Origin: Cyanobacteriota bacterium
GTDB taxonomy: Bacteria > Cyanobacteriota > Cyanobacteriia > Thermostichales > Thermostichaceae
DNA length: 25,325 nucleotides
Direction of reading: 5' to 3'
Assembly (NCBI GenBank): GCA_033764955.1
Contig: JANRIL010000035.1
Coordinates: 1-25,325 of the forward strand
Position 1 is the stretch's first letter. Every line of letters starts with the position of its first letter. The notes beneath the pieces were generated by a model, which was not told the origin of the DNA, did not search any database, and saw nothing but the letters and a program-made list of their open reading frames with translations. Shown piece by piece: positions 18,274-25,325 of the stretch. The translations under genes were made by a program, and so were the position numbers.

Positions 18274-19312
18274 GTTGGTGCCGATGGGATATGAGGAGTT
18301 GCTGCGGGATCTGAAGGATCGGATCCGCACGGCTCAGGTACGGGCGGCGCTGGCGGTGAATCGGGAGTTGGTGTTGCTCTCTTGGCAGATTGGACGGGAG
18401 ATTTTGCGGCGACAGGGGCAGGAAGGTTGGGGATCCAAAGTGATTGATCGGTTGGGGCAGGATCTGAAGCGTGAATTTCCCGATATAACTGGATTCTCAC
18501 CACGCAACATCAAATATATGCGGGCGTTTGCTGAGGCATGGCCAGATGAATTAATAGTGCAACAGGTTGTTGCACAAATTCCTTGGGGGCATAATGTGCG
18601 GTTGCTCGATAAACTAACGGATCCGATGGAACGGCTTTGGTATGCTCAGTCAGTGGTGGAGAATGGCTGGAGTCGGGCGATTCTGGAATATCAGATCGAG
18701 AGTAAGCTTTATCAACGACAGGGATCCTCGACGACTAATTTTGAACGGACGTTGCCGAAGCCACAGTCGGATCTGGCGCAGCAGTTGATCAAGGATCCGT
18801 ATACGTTTGATTTCTTGAGTTTGGGGAAGGAAGCACAGGAACGGGATCTGGAAAACGCTCTAGTCACCCATATCCGAGATTTTTTACTGGAATTGGGGGT
18901 AGGGTTTGCCTTTGTGGGTAATCAGTATCATCTGACAGTGGGCGGGGATGATTTTTATATTGATCTGTTGTTTTATCACCTAAAATTGCGCTGTTATGTG
19001 GTGATTGATCTGAAGATGACAGAGTTTAAGCCGGAGTATTCGGGCAAGATGAGTTTTTATGTGTCGGCGGTGGATGATCTGCTACGGGATCCGGTGGATA
19101 AGCCTACGATTGGGATCATTTTGTGTAAGTCGAAGAATAAGGCTGCGGCGGAGTATGCGTTGCGGGATGTGAATAAGCCGATTAGCATTTCGACTCATCA
19201 AATCAGGGAGTCTTTGCCGGAGTCAATGCAAGGGATCCTGCCGACCATTAAGCAGTTGGAGATAGAGTTAGCAACAGTAGATATAGATAGAAAAACAGAG
19301 GTGAACGAATGA
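18263..19312 (+). CDS. YhcG/DUF1016 PD-(D/E)XK nuclease-domain protein
   Basis: AALAVNRELVLL.WQIG, GFSPRNI, KDPYTFDFL and DLLFYHLKLRCYVVIDLK. Confidence 0.93.
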   Translation: MTSELVPMGYEELLRDLKDRIRTAQVRAALAVNRELVLLSWQIGREILRRQGQEGWGSKVIDRLGQDLKREFPDITGFSPRNIKYMRAFAEAWPDELIVQQVVAQIPWGHNVRLLDKLTDPMERLWYAQSVVENGWSRAILEYQIESKLYQRQGSSTTNFERTLPKPQSDLAQQLIKDPYTFDFLSLGKEAQERDLENALVTHIRDFLLELGVGFAFVGNQYHLTVGGDDFYIDLLFYHLKLRCYVVIDLKMTEFKPEYSGKMSFYVSAVDDLLRDPVDKPTIGIILCKSKNKAAAEYALRDVNKPISISTHQIRESLPESMQGILPTIKQLEIELATVDIDRKTEVNE

Positions 19313-19623
19313 TTACAAGACAAGTCGGGTTAGGAATTTCTGATATCGTTGGATCTAAACGTGAAGAGATTTTGTCAATAGCTGCTAAGCATGGAGCCTC
19401 TAAGGTTAGAGTGTTCGGATCCGTTGCCAGAGGTGAGGCTAGGGTAGATAGCGATATTGATTTTTTGATAGATTATGATTTAGAAAGAATTAGTTCTTGG
19501 TTTCCGATGGGACTGATTCATGATTTAGAAGACTTGTTGCAACGAAGAGTAGATATCATACCTTCAGATTCGATCCATCCAGCAATTTGTGACCAGATCC
19601 TGCGAGAGGCGGTTACTTTATGA
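19309..19623 (+). CDS. Minimal nucleotidyltransferase (MNT, HEPN-MNT antitoxin type)
   Basis: FGSVARGEARVDSDIDF (GS-x10-DxD) and LEDLLQRRVDI; 104 aa. Confidence 0.9.
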   Translation: MITRQVGLGISDIVGSKREEILSIAAKHGASKVRVFGSVARGEARVDSDIDFLIDYDLERISSWFPMGLIHDLEDLLQRRVDIIPSDSIHPAICDQILREAVTL

Positions 19624-20921
19624 TTAATCAATTCCCAGATTACTGGGATCTAATTCCTCTCGAAGATTGCATGGAAGCAATCATTGACTATCGAGGGAAA
19701 ACGCCTAACAAAACCTCTTTCGGCATACCATTAATTACCGCAAAAATAATAAAAAATGGGCGAATTGAACCTGCTGAAGAATACATAAATCCGGATGATT
19801 ATGATGATTGGATGAGGAGAGGGTTACCACAACCTGGGGATATCGTTATGACCACTGAGGCTCCTTTAGGGGAGATAGCTCAGCTAGACAAAAGGAAAGT
19901 AGCCTTAGCCCAAAGATTGATTACACTCAGAGGGAAACAACATCTTCTTGATAATAATTACTTGAAATTCCTTCTGCAATCGTCGTTTGTTCAGGATCAG
20001 CTTAATGCAAGATCTACAGGGACAACAGTACTTGGTATTAAGCAAAGTGAACTTCGAAAAGTGTTGCTGGTTATTCCACCTCTCCCTGAACAAAAAGCGA
20101 TCGCCTCGATCCTCGGATCCCTAGACGACAAGATAGAACTCAACCGTCAGACGAACAAAACCTTAGAGGCAATGGCTCAGGCGATCTTCAAATCCTGGTT
20201 TGTGGATTTTGATCCGGTGCGGGCTAAAGCTGAAGGACGGGATCCGGTGGGGATGGATGCCGAAACTGCCGCCCTCTTTCCCTCGGAGTTTGTGGATTCA
20301 GAGTTGGGACGGATCCCGAAGGGGTGGCGACAACTCCCATTAAATGAAGTGATGGAGATCAACCCATATAGACCCTTAGGTAAAGGAGTAGAAGCACCTT
20401 ACCTAGATATGCAAAATATGCCAACACAGGGACATCGTCCTAGTGGGTGGATTTATCGCCCCTTTGGATCCGGTATGAAATTCCAAAACGGGGATACGTT
20501 AGTAGCCAGAATTACTCCATGCCTTGAGAATGGGAAAACAGCTTTTGTTGATTTTCTAGATTATGGACAAGTAGGATGGGGATCAACAGAGTATATCGTT
20601 ATCAGACCTAAGTCACCATTTCCATTAGAGTATGGATATCTTCTTGCACGAGATGAAGATTTCAGAGCTTTTATGATACAAAATATGACTGGCACAAGTG
20701 GAAGACAACGTGTTCCTGCCTCAAGCCTGTCTCAATATTTTGTTGCTGTACCAGACAATCATATTAGTCATGCTTTCAGAAAGATAATTAGACCAATTCT
20801 CAAAACAATAAAGTCAAATTCGGAGCAGACATTGATATTAACGGAAACAAGAGATATTCTTTTGCCTAAAATACTATCAGGCCAATTGACTGAATTACTA
20901 TCTGGGGTTGCATATGGATAG
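19620..20921 (+). CDS. hsdS: Type I R-M specificity subunit
   Basis: Two TRDs separated by PPLPEQKAIASILGSLDDKIELN...LEAMAQAIFKSWFVDF...SELGRIPKGW; C-terminal RDILLPKILSG. Confidence 0.95.
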   Translation: MINQFPDYWDLIPLEDCMEAIIDYRGKTPNKTSFGIPLITAKIIKNGRIEPAEEYINPDDYDDWMRRGLPQPGDIVMTTEAPLGEIAQLDKRKVALAQRLITLRGKQHLLDNNYLKFLLQSSFVQDQLNARSTGTTVLGIKQSELRKVLLVIPPLPEQKAIASILGSLDDKIELNRQTNKTLEAMAQAIFKSWFVDFDPVRAKAEGRDPVGMDAETAALFPSEFVDSELGRIPKGWRQLPLNEVMEINPYRPLGKGVEAPYLDMQNMPTQGHRPSGWIYRPFGSGMKFQNGDTLVARITPCLENGKTAFVDFLDYGQVGWGSTEYIVIRPKSPFPLEYGYLLARDEDFRAFMIQNMTGTSGRQRVPASSLSQYFVAVPDNHISHAFRKIIRPILKTIKSNSEQTLILTETRDILLPKILSGQLTELLSGVAYG

Positions 20922-22023
20922 AGGACAGCAGCAAAAGCATCTTATTGATGTAGCAATTCAGATTCTCATAGCTCAATACGAATCGAATAATGAATTTAAT
21001 ACTGACTTTGATCAGTTAGGCTTGGTTTCTATTGGGAAATATCAATACGAAGCAAGTAAAGTTTTATTTTGGACTGATCAACAAGCATACAATATCGAAA
21101 AGAAAGCATGGGAAGATTATTCTGTCGAACAACGTAATGCCGAAGCTATCAAACTGTTAAAAGATAATGATCAGACAGTACCATTTAAGGCGATTGTAGA
21201 AGCAGTAAAACGACAACGAGTTATCCCTTTTATAGGGGCAGGCTTATCTAAACCAATGGGAATGCCACAATGGGGAGAGGCTCTCAAGAAATTACACCTC
21301 AGAATGGCTATTAACAATAATATAATAGATAAACTCATAGATAGTGGCGATTTTCTTGAGGCAGCAGAACTTCTTTTTCTTCATGACACCGATGTATGCA
21401 ATAATTTCATTAATACGACTTATAATGTCCAAAAAATCATAGGATCAATATTGCTTTTGCCAAGCATTTTCAAGGGATGTGTAGTCACCACAAATTTCGA
21501 CAAAGCAATCGAACAATCCTATGATCTTGCGGGCATTAGTTTTGATGGATATATGCATGGCACTCAGGAACATAATTTCTTTGTAAGGTTGGTAAAAGGA
21601 GATCGGTGTATTCTAAAGTTGCATGGAGATGCAGAGGATTCGGGAACATTTGTCTTCACTAGATCACAGTATCAGGACGCATATGGCTCTCCTCTAAATT
21701 TTTCTAATTCACTACCTCAGGCACTTCGGCAAATATATCTCAGTAGCTCATTAATTTTCATTGGATGTAGCTTGGAACAGGATTGGACATTAGATTTGTT
21801 TAGGAACATTCGAGATGCGGGTGGATTTAAAACACCAAATCATTATGCTTTTCTTTCTGAGCCAGATGCTTATAGTCAGCAAACAAAACAGCAAAAAGAA
21901 TCTCGATTGTTGTCACTCGGAATTCAGCCAATTTGGTATCCCTCTAAAAAGCATGAATATGTCGAGAAATTACTACAGCTTGTGATTGACATCGCAGAAA
22001 ATCGTATATCTTGTCCAAGCTAG
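20914..22023 (+). CDS. SIR2-like domain protein with an uncharacterised ~85 aa N-terminal extension
   Basis: PFIGAGLS, VTTNFD, LKLHG and LIFIGCS sirtuin-fold motifs; ATG 20914 overlaps the hsdS end. Confidence 0.88.
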   Translation: MDRGQQQKHLIDVAIQILIAQYESNNEFNTDFDQLGLVSIGKYQYEASKVLFWTDQQAYNIEKKAWEDYSVEQRNAEAIKLLKDNDQTVPFKAIVEAVKRQRVIPFIGAGLSKPMGMPQWGEALKKLHLRMAINNNIIDKLIDSGDFLEAAELLFLHDTDVCNNFINTTYNVQKIIGSILLLPSIFKGCVVTTNFDKAIEQSYDLAGISFDGYMHGTQEHNFFVRLVKGDRCILKLHGDAEDSGTFVFTRSQYQDAYGSPLNFSNSLPQALRQIYLSSSLIFIGCSLEQDWTLDLFRNIRDAGGFKTPNHYAFLSEPDAYSQQTKQQKESRLLSLGIQPIWYPSKKHEYVEKLLQLVIDIAENRISCPS

Positions 22024-22032
22024 GGGGAAGCC

Positions 22033-25000
22033 ATGATGAACGAAAACGACATTGAGCAATTAGCCCTAACTTGGTTTCAAGATAACGGATGGGCTTACCT
22101 CTACGGCCCCGACATCGCCCCCGACGGATCCACCCCTGAGCGCACCGATTACCGCCAAGTCTTACTCCCTAACCCCCTACTCGAAGCACTCTATCGCCTT
22201 AATCCTAGTGTCCCAGGATCCACATTAGAAGAAGTCCGCGACCGCATCGGCAGACCCCAACATCCCTCATTGATCCAAAACAACCGAGCCTTTCACGAAT
22301 CCCTGGTCGAAGGGATCCCAGTCGAGTATGAACAAAACGGAGAAAAGCGTGGGGATCGAGTCAAGTTGATCGACTTCCAACAGCCAGAACGTAACCGTTA
22401 CCTCGTCGTCAACCAATTCACCGTCCAAGGCACCCAACAACTCCGCCGCCCCGATATCGTCGTCTTCATCAACGGCTTACCCATCGCTGTTATCGAACTC
22501 AAAAATCCACTCGATCAACAAACCGATATCTGGAAAGCCTTCCACCAGTTAGAAACCTACAAAGCCGAAATCCCCGATCTATTTGTCTACAACGTCGCTC
22601 TGATCATCTCCGATGGCATCCATGCCCGCGTCGGATCCCTGACCGCCAATCCAGAACGATTCATGCCCTGGCGCACCATTCGCAACGAAAAAGATAAACC
22701 CCTTCTAGAATACGAACTCGAAAAAATCGTGCGCGGCTTCTTTGCTCCCGATCTATTCCTCGACTACATCCGCCACTTCATCCTGTTTGAGCAAACTAGC
22801 GACCAAATCATCAAAAAAATCGCAGGCTATCACCAATTTCACGCCGTGCGAGAAGCCGTGCAAGCCACCCTCAAAGCCTCAGGATCCGGAGGTAACCGTC
22901 GCGGTGGCGTAATTTGGCACACCCAAGGATCCGGTAAAAGTATTTCGATGGCCTTCTTTGCCGGAAAACTGATCCAGCAACCCGAAATGCATAACCCTAC
23001 CCTGGTCATGGTCACCGACCGAAATGATCTTGATGGGCAACTTTACGAAACCTTCTGCACCGCCCAAGCCCTACTCAAAGAAACTCCCATCCAAGCCGAA
23101 GATCGAGAACAACTCCGCACCCTACTAGCTGGACGACCATCCGGCGGCATCATCTTTACCACCATGCAGAAATTCACCCTCATCGGTGACGAAGCCCAAT
23201 TTCCCGAACTCTCCCATCGCACCAACATCATCGTCATCGCCGACGAAGCCCACCGCACCCAATACGGCTTAGAAGCAAAACTAGATCAGAAGACAGGCAA
23301 ATATCGCTATGGCTATGCCAAACACCTAAGAGATGCCCTACCTCTTGCAACCTTCGTCGGCTTCACCGGAACCCCAATCGAAAACGAAGACACCGACACC
23401 CGCGCCGTTTTCGGAGAATACGTCAGCATCTATGACATTCAAGATGCCGTCCTCGATGGATCCACCGTCCCCATTTACTATGAAAGCCGCCTAGCCAAAC
23501 TGGATATCAACCCAGCCGAAATGGAGCAGCTCAACGAAGAGATCGAAGAAGTATTCGAAGACGATGAAGACACCGCCCAACGCCAACAAGCCATGACCAA
23601 ATGGGCAACACTCGAAAAATTAGTCGGAGCAGAATCCCGCATTCAAGAAGTCGCCGCCGATCTCGTCACCCACTTTGAAACCCGCCTCACCAGCATCGAG
23701 GGGAAAGGAATGATCGTCGGCATGAGCCGCGAAATCTGTGTGCATCTCTACAACGCCATCACCACCCTTCGCCCCGACTGGCACAACTCAGATCCCCTAC
23801 AAGGATCCATCAAAATCATCATGACCGGATCCGCGAGTGACACCGAATTCCTGCGCCCCCACATCTACAGCCCCACCACTAAAAAGCAACTGGAAAAACG
23901 CTTTAAGGATCCGAATGATCCACTCCAACTTGTCATTGTTCGGGATATGTGGCTCACAGGCTTTGATGCCCCTTGTCTGCACACAATGTATATCGACAAG
24001 CCCATGAAAGGCCACAACCTAATGCAGGCAATAGCTCGCGTAAATCGAGTCTTCCACGAAAAACAAGGTGGTCTAGTCGTTGACTACATCGGCATTGCCG
24101 CCGAGCTGAAACGAGCACTCAAAACCTATACCGACAGCCGAGGTAAAGGAGCACCCACCCTCAATGCACCGGAAGCCTTAGCCCGATTGCTCGAACTCAT
24201 GGAAATCACACATGGCATGTTTCATGGATTCGACTACAGTAAGTATCGCCAAAATGCCGTCAGCCTATTACTCCCTGCCGCTAACTTTATTCTTGGCCTC
24301 GAAGACGGCAAAAAGCGATATTTTGATGCCATTTTAGGCATTACGAAAGCCTTCTCCCTCTGTGGCACCCTAGATGAAGCTCAAATTCTCCGAGAAGAAA
24401 TCGCCTTCTTCCAATCCATCAAATTAGTGATCACCCGTGCCACAACCCCAGAGAAAAAACTCACAGCCGATCGTAAAGACGAAATCCTCAAACAGATTAT
24501 TGACAACGCCATTATTTCCGAAGGCGTAGAAGACATCCTCAAACTGGCTGGATTAGAACGCCCAGATCTCAGCATCCTCTCCGATTCGTTCTTAGATGAA
24601 GTCAGAGCATTACCAGAACGCAACCTAGCCGTTGAGCTATTACAAAAACTTCTCAACGATCAAATCCAATCCCGCACTCGCAACAACGTTGTCATAGAAC
24701 GCAAATTTAGTGATCGTCTGGAAGCTGCATTAAATCGCTACCACAGTCGAGCCATAGAGAGCGCCCAGGTGATCGAAGAGTTGATCAGCATGGCGAAAGA
24801 GTACCGCGAGGCGGCCAAACGCGGAGAGAACTTAGGACTCAATGAATCCGAGCTAGCCTTTTATGATGCTCTGGCTGACAACGAAAGTGCTGTTCGTGAA
24901 CTGGGGGATCAAGTTCTCAAACAAATTGCCCAAGAACTCACCGAAAAGCTGCGAAACAGTACCACGGTAGATTGGCAGAAACGAGAGAGTGTCCGCGCTC

Positions 25001-25125
25001 GTCTCAGAAACCTCGTCAGGATCATCCTACGCCGCTATAAATACCCACCCGATCAACAAGAAAATGCGATCACTCTAGTGCTTCAACAAGCCGACAGATT
25101 ATCGGAAGACTGGAGTATTAGCTGA
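22033..25125 (+). CDS. hsdR: Type I R-M restriction subunit
   Basis: RPDIVVFINGLPIAVIELK nuclease motif, TQGSGKS, DEAH, FTGTP, LTGFD, QAIARVNR and a DUF3387-like tail. Confidence 0.97.
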   Translation: MMNENDIEQLALTWFQDNGWAYLYGPDIAPDGSTPERTDYRQVLLPNPLLEALYRLNPSVPGSTLEEVRDRIGRPQHPSLIQNNRAFHESLVEGIPVEYEQNGEKRGDRVKLIDFQQPERNRYLVVNQFTVQGTQQLRRPDIVVFINGLPIAVIELKNPLDQQTDIWKAFHQLETYKAEIPDLFVYNVALIISDGIHARVGSLTANPERFMPWRTIRNEKDKPLLEYELEKIVRGFFAPDLFLDYIRHFILFEQTSDQIIKKIAGYHQFHAVREAVQATLKASGSGGNRRGGVIWHTQGSGKSISMAFFAGKLIQQPEMHNPTLVMVTDRNDLDGQLYETFCTAQALLKETPIQAEDREQLRTLLAGRPSGGIIFTTMQKFTLIGDEAQFPELSHRTNIIVIADEAHRTQYGLEAKLDQKTGKYRYGYAKHLRDALPLATFVGFTGTPIENEDTDTRAVFGEYVSIYDIQDAVLDGSTVPIYYESRLAKLDINPAEMEQLNEEIEEVFEDDEDTAQRQQAMTKWATLEKLVGAESRIQEVAADLVTHFETRLTSIEGKGMIVGMSREICVHLYNAITTLRPDWHNSDPLQGSIKIIMTGSASDTEFLRPHIYSPTTKKQLEKRFKDPNDPLQLVIVRDMWLTGFDAPCLHTMYIDKPMKGHNLMQAIARVNRVFHEKQGGLVVDYIGIAAELKRALKTYTDSRGKGAPTLNAPEALARLLELMEITHGMFHGFDYSKYRQNAVSLLLPAANFILGLEDGKKRYFDAILGITKAFSLCGTLDEAQILREEIAFFQSIKLVITRATTPEKKLTADRKDEILKQIIDNAIISEGVEDILKLAGLERPDLSILSDSFLDEVRALPERNLAVELLQKLLNDQIQSRTRNNVVIERKFSDRLEAALNRYHSRAIESAQVIEELISMAKEYREAAKRGENLGLNESELAFYDALADNESAVRELGDQVLKQIAQELTEKLRNSTTVDWQKRESVRARLRNLVRIILRRYKYPPDQQENAITLVLQQADRLSEDWSIS

Positions 25126-25189
25126 TAAGAGCAAAAAATCTCAACAGTTTAGATGCTCCCTGGTAATTGAAAGATAGGGATCCAAGAAT

Positions 25190-25325
25190 GTCGGGTAAGG
25201 AAGGAAACGTCACCGTTCCTTCCTCCCCTAAGAACCGGACTTGACAGTTTCCCATCATCCGGCTCAAGCCTTCCGGCAAGAATGGACATTGATGTGGCAG
25301 TGGCGGTGTAGCAGTTGTAAGTTAT
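25190..25325 (-). mobile_element. Group II intron 3' end (domains V and VI)
   Basis: Domain V GAGCCGGATGATGGGAAACTGTCAAGTCCGGTTC (25265-25232; AGC triad, GAAA loop). Domain VI TTAGGGGAGGAAGGAACGGTGACGTTTCCTTCCTTACCCGAC ends in AC at 25190. Confidence 0.93.
25264..25325 (-). CDS. C-terminus of a group II intron-encoded RT/maturase (HNH En domain), partial
   Basis: Manual translation NLQLLHRHCHINVHSCRKA*, with the TGA overlapping the start of domain V. Confidence 0.8.
   Translation of the reverse strand, partial: NLQLLHRHCHINVHSCRKA

Noticed and set aside
17554..18330. 258-aa antisense ORF and other shadow ORFs (e.g. 16576-17100, 10000-10518, 7402-7782)
   Set aside because: They overlap well-supported genes and show no recognisable motifs.
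20914..22023. Assignment of the SIR2 gene to Thoeris, DSR or Sir2-HerA
   Set aside because: No TIR, HerA or pAgo partner, and no SLOG/macro or long DSR-type C-terminal region is visible.

Overview
Cyanobacterial chromosome segment. The frequent GGGATCCC/GGATCC palindrome, instead of canonical HIP1 GCGATCGC, suggests a Thermostichus / hot-spring Synechococcus-like lineage (inference). The left half (~250-11120) is core genome: tRNA-Val(CAC) with a decayed integrase relic, an ABC exporter, glmU fused to a C-terminal PPC/DUF296 domain, the aa3 cytochrome c oxidase operon (ctaC-ctaD-ctaE), divergent ctaA-ctaB, and moaE. The right half (~11130-25325) is accessory DNA organised around a 3' half of tRNA-Pro(GGG) that looks like an att core. 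Left of it lies a collapsed island: two tyrosine integrase fragments, a truncated S24 repressor, a Phd/VapC pair broken at a GGGATCCC site, and two HNH paralogs. Right of it lies a third, decayed HNH and a defence cluster. The cluster has an uncharacterised ~260-270 aa protein coupled to a PIN nuclease, and a type I R-M operon carrying YhcG, an orphan nucleotidyltransferase and a SIR2-like protein. The window ends in the 3' end of a group II intron (minus strand) and probably begins in the left end of an IS200/IS605 element. The best candidates for undescribed systems are the large-partner/PIN pair and the R-M-embedded SIR2 protein.
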